From Candidatus Aminicenantes bacterium (GTDB lineage Bacteria; Acidobacteriota; Aminicenantia; Aminicenantales; UBA4085), in NCBI GenBank assembly GCA_026393865.1, contig JAPKZI010000044.1, forward strand, positions 571 to 64,570: 64,000 nucleotides of DNA, given 5' to 3'. Position 1 is the first letter of the stretch; each line of letters begins with the position of its first letter. Position numbers and translations under genes: made by a program. This document shows, in pieces, positions 45,623-53,697 of this stretch. The notes beneath the pieces were generated by a model that saw only the letters and a program-made list of their open reading frames with translations, had not been told where the DNA came from and searched no databases.

Positions 45623-47806
45623 CTAAGGGAGCGGAGGACGATCTTTTCGCCGCAGAACGAGAAAAAGCAATCCGAACGCGTTCGCCAGAAACAAATATTC
45701 AAAAAGGACGGGCAGTCCGGCCAGCGGGACGAGGATCGCCGACAGTCCCACGGCGGCCGCGCACGATCCCAGGAGATCCCACCCGTATCCCAGCCCGGCC
45801 TGTCCCTTGTCCTTGAAAAAGAGCCTGTTGGAGACGATGAAAAAATCCCCTCCCAGATAGCCTAAAACGAAGAGCAGGGCGAAGGGAACGATCGGCGGCG
45901 GTCGATAGTCCAGGGCGAGTCGCATGGTCAGGACGACGAGCAGCAGCCCGGACTGCAGGAGCACGATGTGCCGATCGCGGAGCCGTCCGCGTTTGGCCCC
46001 GACCAGCGCTCCCAGCGCCAACCCCGTCATGAACGCGGCCAGGATCAGGGCGACCTGACGGTAGAGGAATCCATACAGGGCTTGGAACCAGATGAGGATC
46101 ATGATCTCGCCGGCCATCGTGGTCAGGCCCATGAGGGCGATGGGAACGGCCGAAATCGCGGATCTTCGCCCCCTCCCTCCGATGAAGGCGAGGAGCCCGA
46201 CGAAGACAAGGAACGGAACGCCCAGCAGCCAGGGGACGGGGATCCGGGCCAGGCCGAGAAGAACCTTCGATTCGAGGCTTTTGAACTGCGTGCTCCAGAG
46301 AACGGAATTGAAGAAATAGCTGATGGGACGGAGGTCCGAGTTCAATCCCGCCGGCCCCGCATCGATCTTCATACGAAGGGCCTCGACCCGCAGGGGATGG
46401 AGACGCGCCGGAAGCCGTTCCGGCGTCACGTAGCGGTTCTTCAGGCCGAACCGCCGCATCGTCCCGATCAGGTCCTCGGCCTCCACCGTCAGCGGCCCGG
46501 CGGATGCCAGGAAAACGTTGGAATCTCCGGGGACGACCTTGACCACGGGGAACGCCTGCCGCAAGGTGTTGGCCATGACCGAGAGAAATTTTTGAAGCTC
46601 CGGACCGATATAGTTTTCGGCCGACGGCACGCGGAACGAGAAGACCCCGCCCTCGGCCAGCTTGTCTCGAACACGAGCGAAGAATTCCCGCGTGTAGAAC
46701 CGGTTGATCTGGGCGGTGGCCGGTTCAGGCAGGTTAAGGATAACGGCGTCATAGACGGCCGGGGTCTCTTCCAAGAACGCCCGGCCGTCGTCATAAACGA
46801 GATGAGCCCGCGGGTTTCGAAGGGATCCTTTCTCGGCGTCGGGCTGGAAGATCTCGGACAGCCGGATGATCTCGGGATCGAGCTCGACGTAATCCACGTC
46901 GGTCCGGGGATATTTGAGAATCTCGGCCAGGCTTCCGCCGGCGCCGCCGCCGATCAACAGGACCCGCCCGGCCTCAGGCCTCTGGAGCAGGGCGAAATGC
47001 ACGGATTCCTCGGCCGCGTCGAGGTCGGGGAAGGAGTAGACACGGAGCGAGTTGTCGTAAAGGGTGAACTGCTCGGACGTTCGAATGACCTGCAGCTTGC
47101 CGTAAAGGCTGTCCTTCGTCCGGACGAGGGCGAAAGGCCGCCAAGCGAGCTTTTGGGCCGGAAGGTCGGAAAAGAAAAGAGCGGCGTGGACAACCAAGAC
47201 GAGAGTGAAGGCGATGGCCGCCTTCCTGCCGTTCAACAAGAAAAACACAGCCGCCGCCGAGGCCGCCCCGATGACGGCCAGCGCCTGCCAATTGGACAGC
47301 AGGGGGATGAGGGTGAGATAGGTCAGGAGGCCGCCCGCGGCGGCGCCGATCGATTCCCAGAGATAGACCCGGGGCAGGTGACCTTCGTCCTTGACCGTGA
47401 AAACGAAGATCGCCCCCAGAGGAAAATTCAGGAAGAAAGAGAGAACGACGGCGAAGAGAAGGATCGGCCCGAGACCGATCAACTCGCCCGGCAAAATGCC
47501 TAGGAAGAAGCGGGAAAACCGCAGAGCGGCGAAACAGCCGGGGGCGACGAGCAGGACGCCGAAAAAAAGGACCGCCAATCCCTTTCTCCCGGGCTCCCGC
47601 CCCGAAGCCCACAGGCTCCCGCATCCGCCCCACAAGAGCCAAGAGGCCAGGACGAGCCCGAAGACCAGTTCGTTGCCGTAGAACTGGGCCGCGAATTCCC
47701 TGAGGAGAAAGATCTGGAGCGAGGCGGCCAGCAGGCCGAGGAGCAAGGCCGGCGGAGAGAACCTCAGGTCCAGATTCCCGGGACCCGATGCTGACAATTT
47801 GGACAC
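45623..47806 (-). CDS. Polytopic membrane protein with central spermidine-synthase-like (SpeE-fold) domain, catalytic motifs degenerate
   Basis: Multiple TM helices on both sides of 'RVLLIGGGAGGSLAEILKYPRTDVDYVELDPEII...YDAVILNLPEP...FYTREFF'. Start uncertain: GTG 47806 (43-nt overlap with the upstream gene) is preferred over ATG 47881/47872 (about 110-nt overlap). Confidence 0.65.
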   Translation of the reverse strand: MSKLSASGPGNLDLRFSPPALLLGLLAASLQIFLLREFAAQFYGNELVFGLVLASWLLWGGCGSLWASGREPGRKGLAVLFFGVLLVAPGCFAALRFSRFFLGILPGELIGLGPILLFAVVLSFFLNFPLGAIFVFTVKDEGHLPRVYLWESIGAAAGGLLTYLTLIPLLSNWQALAVIGAASAAAVFFLLNGRKAAIAFTLVLVVHAALFFSDLPAQKLAWRPFALVRTKDSLYGKLQVIRTSEQFTLYDNSLRVYSFPDLDAAEESVHFALLQRPEAGRVLLIGGGAGGSLAEILKYPRTDVDYVELDPEIIRLSEIFQPDAEKGSLRNPRAHLVYDDGRAFLEETPAVYDAVILNLPEPATAQINRFYTREFFARVRDKLAEGGVFSFRVPSAENYIGPELQKFLSVMANTLRQAFPVVKVVPGDSNVFLASAGPLTVEAEDLIGTMRRFGLKNRYVTPERLPARLHPLRVEALRMKIDAGPAGLNSDLRPISYFFNSVLWSTQFKSLESKVLLGLARIPVPWLLGVPFLVFVGLLAFIGGRGRRSAISAVPIALMGLTTMAGEIMILIWFQALYGFLYRQVALILAAFMTGLALGALVGAKRGRLRDRHIVLLQSGLLLVVLTMRLALDYRPPPIVPFALLFVLGYLGGDFFIVSNRLFFKDKGQAGLGYGWDLLGSCAAAVGLSAILVPLAGLPVLFEYLFLANAFGLLFLVLRRKDRPPLP

Positions 47807-48885
47807 GTTCCTTGCCTCAGATCGTTCCTGACGATCTTGTAGCCGCTTCTTTCGATGACCATCTTCCGGCATTTCGGACAAAAGGTGTTCTCCCCTTCGT
47901 GGCCCGGGATGTTCCCGGTGTAGACGTAGCGGAGACCCTCTTGGAGGGCGGTCTGGCGGAGCTTTTCAAGGGTCGAGATAGGCGTCGGGGGGAGGTTCTT
48001 GATGAGATACATGGGATGGAACCGGGTGAAGTGGAGCGGGACTTCCGGCCCGATCTCCCGATGGAGCCACTGGGTCATCTTCCGGACGTCCTCGACGGCG
48101 TCGTTCAACGTCGGAATGACGAGGTAGACGATTTCCAACCAGATCCCGGCTTGGGCGATGATCTTGATGGCCTCGAGGACCGGTTTCAATTCGCCCCGGA
48201 CGTACGTCCTATAGAAGTCCTCGTCGAAGGACTTAAGATCGATCTTGATGGCCTCCACGACCTTCGTCAGGGCTTCGAGGGGCTCGGGGTTGATATGCCC
48301 GCCCGAGACCACGACGCTCCGGACGCCTTGGCGCTTGGCTTCGACGGCGGTGTCGACCATATATTCATAAAAAACCGTCGGCTCGGAATATGTGTAAGCG
48401 ACGGTGGGACAGCGATATTTGACCGCCGCGTCGGCGACGGCGCGGGGAGGGAAGTCCAAGGCTTGGACCTGCTCCGGCCGGACCTGCGAGATCTCCCAAT
48501 TCTGGCAGAACTTGCAATGAACGTTGCAGCCGGCCGTGGCGATGGACAGGGCGTCCGACCCCGGCAGGACGTGGAAAAAGGGTTTTTTTTCGATGGGATC
48601 GACGTTGACCGAGCAGGCTTTGCCGTAGACGAGCGTGTAATATGTCCCGCCCTCGTTCTGGCGGACGCCGCAGTAGCCTCGCTCCTTATCGCCCAGCTTG
48701 CAGCGTCGGGGACAGAGGCCGCATTCGATCTCCCGGTCGGCCAGGCGCTTGTAATAGCGCGCCTCGACATGGGACAGGTTGACCGTCTGGCCGAAGGCGT
48801 AGAGATGATGAAGCGCCGGCCCGGGATCCGCGCTCAGAACGGCTCCCGCGCCCGCCGCGGTCCGGAAGAAAATACGTCTTTTCAT
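47764..48885 (-). CDS. AmmeMemoRadiSam-system-type radical SAM enzyme (AmrS/PflA-like) with twin-arginine signal
   Basis: 'CGLCPRRCKLGDKERGYCGVRQN', 'NVDPIEKKPFFHVLPGS', radical SAM box 'GCNVHCKFCQNWEISQ'. N-terminus 'MKRRIFFRTAAGAGAVLSA' is Tat-like. Confidence 0.8.
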   Translation of the reverse strand: MKRRIFFRTAAGAGAVLSADPGPALHHLYAFGQTVNLSHVEARYYKRLADREIECGLCPRRCKLGDKERGYCGVRQNEGGTYYTLVYGKACSVNVDPIEKKPFFHVLPGSDALSIATAGCNVHCKFCQNWEISQVRPEQVQALDFPPRAVADAAVKYRCPTVAYTYSEPTVFYEYMVDTAVEAKRQGVRSVVVSGGHINPEPLEALTKVVEAIKIDLKSFDEDFYRTYVRGELKPVLEAIKIIAQAGIWLEIVYLVIPTLNDAVEDVRKMTQWLHREIGPEVPLHFTRFHPMYLIKNLPPTPISTLEKLRQTALQEGLRYVYTGNIPGHEGENTFCPKCRKMVIERSGYKIVRNDLRQGTCPNCQHRVPGIWT

Positions 48886-48901
48886 GGGCTTGCTCGATCC
48901 C

Positions 48902-49798
48902 TCAGGCCGTTTCCTCGACGATCTGGATCCCCGAAAGCGTCGCCGTTCCCAGCCCCATCCGTTCCGCCGTCCGGAGATAGAGCGGCGCCCGCTTGTCTTC
49001 TTCCAAAGAGGGAAGCCCTTTCGCTTTCCGGAGATCCTCGACGATCCGCCAACCGACGAAATCCGCCGCCACGGGGTCCAGGCTGAAGATCAACGCTTCA
49101 TAGGTTTCCGCCCAGCGGGCGTGGTAGGAAGGGCCTCGATGGTATTGAACGACCAGGGCGTCCAGGATCGTCAACCGGTGTTTCGATTTGATCGACGGAG
49201 CGTCGAAGAGCTCGGCGATGAAGGGATTGCAGTTGTCGTCATGGTATTTGTTGGGATTATGGACGGCGCCATAATAGTTTTTCAAGCCGGCCGTGATCCC
49301 GGCCATCCCATGGTCTTTCAATACGGCCAGGCTGACCGAAGCGGTGACGAAGCTCGACTGGATGGCCGAGAACAGGCTCCCGATGTTGAGATGAGTGATC
49401 GGCTCGCCGGGGTAGCCCATACCGGCCGTGTCCGTCCCCATGATCTGAAAGACATCACCGCCGGAATTCAGGCGGTATCGAGCTTCCTTGAGCTCGCGGT
49501 TCGTCCGATCCCAGACGACGATCTGTCTCTCTCGGATCCCCGCCGCGACCATGAGGCGGGCGAGGGGCAAGCTGACTTCGGGGGGCGTTGTGAGCTCGGG
49601 AGCGGCTATGGCGTTGACCTTGATCCCGATGCGATCGGCAGGCGCGAAGATCGTCCGCAACCCCGCAACGCTATTGTTCTGGCCGGTGAGAAGACGGAAG
49701 CCGCGCTCGTACATGTTTGCGAGGACCTTCGGCTCGACCTCGCCTTTTCGCGGTATAACCCCTTTTCCCCGGACGATCACGACCTTTGAAGCGGCCAT
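48902..49798 (-). CDS. DUF362 domain protein
   Basis: 'KVVIVRGKG...RIGIKVNAIAAPELTTPPEVSLPLARLMVAAGI...IVVWDR' matches the DUF362 N-terminal pattern. ATG 49798 lies 7 nt after a TAATTT box. An alternative TTG is at 49807. Confidence 0.65.
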   Translation of the reverse strand: MAASKVVIVRGKGVIPRKGEVEPKVLANMYERGFRLLTGQNNSVAGLRTIFAPADRIGIKVNAIAAPELTTPPEVSLPLARLMVAAGIRERQIVVWDRTNRELKEARYRLNSGGDVFQIMGTDTAGMGYPGEPITHLNIGSLFSAIQSSFVTASVSLAVLKDHGMAGITAGLKNYYGAVHNPNKYHDDNCNPFIAELFDAPSIKSKHRLTILDALVVQYHRGPSYHARWAETYEALIFSLDPVAADFVGWRIVEDLRKAKGLPSLEEDKRAPLYLRTAERMGLGTATLSGIQIVEETA

Positions 49799-49805
49799 CG
49801 ATGTC

Positions 49806-49835
49806 AAATTACCCCAGCCGGTCGAGACTTGTCAA
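49806..49835 (-). promoter_or_regulatory. sigma70-like promoter of the DUF362/radical SAM/SpeE-like operon (leaderless configuration)
   Basis: Minus strand: TTGACA (49835-49830), 18-nt spacer, TAATTT (49811-49806), 7 nt, then ATG 49798. Confidence 0.4.
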
Positions 49836-49857
49836 TGCGGTCCGTTGCGGTTATATT
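49829..49857 (+). promoter_or_regulatory. sigma70-like promoter for the 49891 gene, sharing its -35 with the divergent promoter
   Basis: TTGTCA (49829-49834), 17-nt spacer, TATATT (49852-49857). The near-palindromic TTGTCAA core also reads TTGACA on the other strand. Confidence 0.4.
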
Positions 49858-49890
49858 AAGAGCCGGGACCTGAATCGATAGGAGTCAAGC

Positions 49891-50802
49891 ATGGAGAGGA
49901 AGATGTCGAGAAAAGAAATCGTCTTGATCCTGGCCCTGGCGGCGGCGCTCAATTCGCCGGCGCCGGGGGCTCAAAAAATCGGGGCGTCGTCCCTGACGTC
50001 GCTTCTTCCCCAGGTGGCCAATTGGAAGGCCGCGGAGGGCGTCCAGCGCTATGGTCCGGAAACCCTTTACGAGTTCATCGACGGGGCGGCCGAGGCGTAT
50101 ATCAGCTACGATTTCAAGGAGTTGATCGTCGCCGAGTTCCAGGGCGGCCGGACGAAAACGTCCTTGACGACCGAGATCTACGACATGGGATCGGAGCTGA
50201 ACGCGTTCGGCATCTACAGCGCCGAGCGCTTTTCCGAAAGCCGTTTCATCCCGATCGGCGTTCAAGGCTACCTCGAAGAGGGGACCTTGAATTTCCTGGC
50301 CGGCCGCTATTACGTCAAACTGATGTGCTATGAGGGCGGCGGCCAAACCGAGGGATTCCTGAAGCTTTTTGCCGAAGCCATCGTCGACAAGATCAATAAC
50401 CCGGGAGGTTTTCCGGTTCTCCTGCGGGCCTTCCCGAAGGACGGGCTCGTCGCCAACAGCGAAAAGTTCATCCTGCGCAATGTCATGGGGTTCAAGTTCC
50501 TGAAGAACGGGTTCATCGCCGGCTATCGGCAGGCCGGTCAGGAATTCGACGCCTTCCTCATCGACGGAAGGACCGCCGACGAAGCGGACGCCATGCTGAA
50601 GCAATATCTGGATAATTTCATCAAGAGCGGGCAGGCCGCCGACAAGCGGTCGTACGGAGTGCATGTCAAGGATGCTTATCTAAAGCACGTCTTCGTGGCC
50701 AAAGCGGGTTCCTATATCTGCGGCGTGACCAAGATCAAGGACGGCCAGGACGCTCTGGGAGAGAAAGTCCTGGCGGCGCTGGTCAACGGCTTGAAAAAAT
50801 AG
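49891..50802 (+). CDS. Hypothetical secreted protein
   Basis: RBS AGGAG. Signal peptide 'RKEIVLILALAAALNSPAPGAQ'. 'GPETLYEFIDGAAEAYISYDF' and 'AFGIYSAERF' blocks recall an exported DUF family, but I cannot name it with confidence. Confidence 0.5.
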   Translation: MERKMSRKEIVLILALAAALNSPAPGAQKIGASSLTSLLPQVANWKAAEGVQRYGPETLYEFIDGAAEAYISYDFKELIVAEFQGGRTKTSLTTEIYDMGSELNAFGIYSAERFSESRFIPIGVQGYLEEGTLNFLAGRYYVKLMCYEGGGQTEGFLKLFAEAIVDKINNPGGFPVLLRAFPKDGLVANSEKFILRNVMGFKFLKNGFIAGYRQAGQEFDAFLIDGRTADEADAMLKQYLDNFIKSGQAADKRSYGVHVKDAYLKHVFVAKAGSYICGVTKIKDGQDALGEKVLAALVNGLKK

Positions 50803-50931
50803 CCGCGGGTGGGCAAGGAGGATTCCTCTCGTGAGAAGGGCCGGGTCGCACTTTCTTCCAAGGAACTTTTGACCGAGAATGATGACGTGAGGCGTGAAAC
50901 TCGCTGACGGTCCGTGAAATAATCCGGCCGG

Positions 50932-51597
50932 TTATCCGGGCTGGATGATTTTGGAGCGGCGGGACGATTCGGCGATCCGGGCGAATTGTTCGGTCAAGTG
51001 CTCGAGATAAGCCCGACCCTGGAAATTCTTCCTCGTCCAAAAGCGCGCCGCCAGGATCAGGCGGTCCAGGCACTGGAACTTCTCCTCGCTCTTGTAGCCG
51101 TCCCCCGCGGCCGTCAGGATCAGACCGCCCTCGTACGTGCAGTTCTGCAGGCTCCGGAAGACCATCTCGCCGGCGTCGTTTCGCGAGGTCCGCTCTTCTC
51201 CCGGCAGCAGGATGAGATTCCGGCCCCTGGACAGCTTGTCCTTGGCGTATTCGAGGGCGAGGATGGCCTCGCCGTCGGTGAACGCCGGATCACGTTCGCC
51301 GATCTCTTTGAGCGGAGCCTCGATGTTCAGCGCCAGCCAGGCGGTCCGCTCGTCCTTCCAGGGATCGTCCGGGGGACGTCCCGGGCGCGCCGGCGGAGCC
51401 GGCTTCTTTTCCAGGATCTTTTTTTCCCGGTAGGGTTTGTGTTCGGCCAGGAAACGGCAGGCGGGCGGGCAGGCGACCTCCCTACCGCGCATGATCCCGC
51501 AGCACAGAGGGCAGAGGTCGCTCCTCAGACCGGGACAGCGGCGCTTGGCTTTTCTTTGACGGCAACGGGAGCACTTGACCATGGGCCGACAGATCAC
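50932..51597 (-). CDS. Hypothetical protein with N-terminal 8-Cys zinc-ribbon-like cluster
   Basis: GTG 51597 overlaps the rnc stop (GTGA); alternative ATG 51582. Pattern C-x2-C-x8-C-x7-C-x2-CC-x9-C-x3-C within the first ~50 residues. The rest is a soluble alpha-helical-looking domain. Confidence 0.5.
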   Translation of the reverse strand: MICRPMVKCSRCRQRKAKRRCPGLRSDLCPLCCGIMRGREVACPPACRFLAEHKPYREKKILEKKPAPPARPGRPPDDPWKDERTAWLALNIEAPLKEIGERDPAFTDGEAILALEYAKDKLSRGRNLILLPGEERTSRNDAGEMVFRSLQNCTYEGGLILTAAGDGYKSEEKFQCLDRLILAARFWTRKNFQGRAYLEHLTEQFARIAESSRRSKIIQPG

Positions 51598-52364
51598 TTC
51601 TTGAAGATGAACGTCTCCTTGGTCAAGGCTTTGATCTTTTTTCCGAAGAAGCTCTTGAGAGCCTTTTCGGCCCCCTTGAGCTCGGCCGCTTTCCGCGAGG
51701 GGCCGCTGGCCTTGGCCAGGGATGTCTTGTTGACGAAGACCTCGACTACGAATTCCTTATTGTGATCGGGTCCGGTCGACTTCATCAGCTTATAATGGGG
51801 AGCCGGAAGGTCCTCTTTGTGAAGGAATTCCTGGAGGGCCGATTTATAGTTGTTGATGTCGAGCTGGTCCTCGTCCTTGATCTTCTTGAACGATCCGCGG
51901 AGCAGGTTCAGGTAGACATCCTGGGCCGCTTTGTAGCCGCCGTCGAGGAAGACGGCCCCCAGCACGGCTTCGAAGGTCCCGGCCAGGATGCTGTCCTTTT
52001 TCCGGCCGCCGCTCTTTTCCTCGCCCCGGCCGACGCGCATGAAATGGTCGAGCCGGATCTGCCGGGCATACTCCGCCAAGCCGATCGTGCTCGTTGCCGA
52101 GGATTTCAACTTCGACAGGTCGCCCTCGGTGACCTCGGGGTAGGATCCGTAGAAGAACGCGGCGGCGATCAGGCCGACGACGGAATCGCCCAGGAACTCC
52201 ATCAATTCGTTGTCCCTGGACTTTTCGGCGCTCTCGTAGGCGAAGGAGCTGTGCGTCAGCGCCTGGAGGAGGAGGTCCTTGTTCCGAAACTGATAGCGAA
52301 GCTCACGTTCGAGCTCCGAGACGACGCTTGGCTTTTTTCTTTTTCTCAAGATGTTCCTCATCAT
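51594..52364 (-). CDS. rnc: Ribonuclease III
   Basis: ATG 52364 overlaps the pyrC stop (ATGA). 'LLLQALTHSSFA', signature 'NELMEFLGDSVV', dsRBD 'YKSALQEFLHKEDLPAPHYKL...GPDHNKEFVVEV'. The 551-aa track ORF N-terminus is an out-of-frame shadow of pyrC. Confidence 0.9.
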   Translation of the reverse strand: MMRNILRKRKKPSVVSELERELRYQFRNKDLLLQALTHSSFAYESAEKSRDNELMEFLGDSVVGLIAAAFFYGSYPEVTEGDLSKLKSSATSTIGLAEYARQIRLDHFMRVGRGEEKSGGRKKDSILAGTFEAVLGAVFLDGGYKAAQDVYLNLLRGSFKKIKDEDQLDINNYKSALQEFLHKEDLPAPHYKLMKSTGPDHNKEFVVEVFVNKTSLAKASGPSRKAAELKGAEKALKSFFGKKIKALTKETFIFKK

Positions 52365-53644
52365 GATGCGAAAGGATAAACGACGCGGCCGCCGACGATC
52401 GTCATCACGGGGGCGCCTTTCAGCTTCCAGCCGTGGAAGGGGCTGTACTTTCCTTTCGAAACGAACGCCCCCGCGTCGACCACGACGTTCTGGTGCAGGT
52501 TGAGGATCGTCAGGTCGGCATCGGCCCCGACGGCGATCCGGCCTTTGGCCTTGAGGGAGAGGAGCTGGGCCGGTTTCGTCGAAATCATCTCGATGAAGCG
52601 CATGATCGAGATGACGTTCTTGTTGACGAGCCGGTCGAGAAGGATGGACACGGACGTCTCCAGCCCGACCATGCCGAACGGCGCCTTTTCGATCGGCGCG
52701 TCTTTCTCCTTGAAGGTGTGGGGGGCGTGGTCGGTGGCGAACACGTCCGCCGTGCCGTCCTTGACCGCGGCGATCAGCGCCCGGACGTCCTCGGGGCTCC
52801 GCAGCGGGGGATTCACCTTGAAGACCGGTTCCCGTTTTTCGAGATCCCGGTCGTCGAGAACGAGATGATGCGGCGAGACCTCGGCGCTGATCCTGACGCC
52901 CCGCGACTTCGCCTCCCGGACGAGATGGGCCGCGCCACCGGTGCTGAGGTGGGCGAGATGGACCCGGGTCTCCAACGCTTCGGCCAGGATGATATCCCGG
53001 GCGACCATGATATCCTCGGCCGCCGCGGGGATGCCGGGCAGCCCTAGCCGCCGTGACATCGCTCCTTCGTGGATGACGCCGCCTTCCGAGAGCGGCCGGT
53101 CCTCGCAGTGGTCGATGACGAGCGCGCCCAGCGACTTCGCCGTTTCGAGCGCCCGCCGCATGACCCGGTTGTCCTGGACGCATCTCCCGTCGTCGGAGAA
53201 GGCGATAACCCCGGCCGCGACGAGATCGGCCATGTCCGTCACCTCCCAACCCAGAAGCCCCTTGGTCAGGGCTCCGATCGGGTAGACGTTCACGACGGCC
53301 TTCTTGGCGGCTTGGGCCAGAATGAAATCGGTCACGGCCCGCTCATCGTTGGCCGGTTTCGTGTTCGGCATGGCGCAGACGGAGGTGAATCCGCCTCGCG
53401 CCGCCGCCCGGGTTCCTGTCTCGATGGTCTCCTTGGATGTCTGTCCGGGCTCGCGCAGGTGCGCATGCATATCGATGAAACCGGGCGCGACGACGAGGCG
53501 CGCGGCGTCGATGACGGTCGCGTCCTTGGCTTTGATCGAAGGCTTGATGTCGGCGATCCTGCCGCCGTCGATCAGAATGTCGAGGGTTTCGTCGACGGCG
53601 GACTCGGGATCGACGACCCGGCCGTTCTTGATCAGGATTTTCAC
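52361..53644 (-). CDS. pyrC: Dihydroorotase
   Basis: GTG 53644 six nt after GGAGG. 'PGFIDMHAHLREPG', 'AMPNTKP', 'ATDHAPH'. Confidence 0.9.
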   Translation of the reverse strand: MKILIKNGRVVDPESAVDETLDILIDGGRIADIKPSIKAKDATVIDAARLVVAPGFIDMHAHLREPGQTSKETIETGTRAAARGGFTSVCAMPNTKPANDERAVTDFILAQAAKKAVVNVYPIGALTKGLLGWEVTDMADLVAAGVIAFSDDGRCVQDNRVMRRALETAKSLGALVIDHCEDRPLSEGGVIHEGAMSRRLGLPGIPAAAEDIMVARDIILAEALETRVHLAHLSTGGAAHLVREAKSRGVRISAEVSPHHLVLDDRDLEKREPVFKVNPPLRSPEDVRALIAAVKDGTADVFATDHAPHTFKEKDAPIEKAPFGMVGLETSVSILLDRLVNKNVISIMRFIEMISTKPAQLLSLKAKGRIAVGADADLTILNLHQNVVVDAGAFVSKGKYSPFHGWKLKGAPVMTIVGGRVVYPFAS

Positions 53645-53685
53645 GCGGGGCCTCCTCGGAGACGCCGTTCTCCGGCCATATTCGG

Positions 53686-53697
53686 AACCTCTCCTGT
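53686..53697 (-). promoter_or_regulatory. PyrR-binding-loop-like RNA motif (ACAGGAGAGGUU) in the pyrR-pyrC spacer
   Basis: The minus strand reads ACAGGAGAGGTT. From memory, the Bacillus PyrR binding-loop core is UCCAGAGAGGCU, so the match needs one extra G. A CGGAGA-N6-TCTCCG hairpin (53657-53674) follows, abutting the pyrC SD. Confidence 0.25.

Noticed and set aside
52365-53249. Upstream part of the 551-aa ORF 51594..53249
   Set aside because: It is an out-of-frame overlap with pyrC. RNase III starts at ATG 52364 (ATGA overlap).
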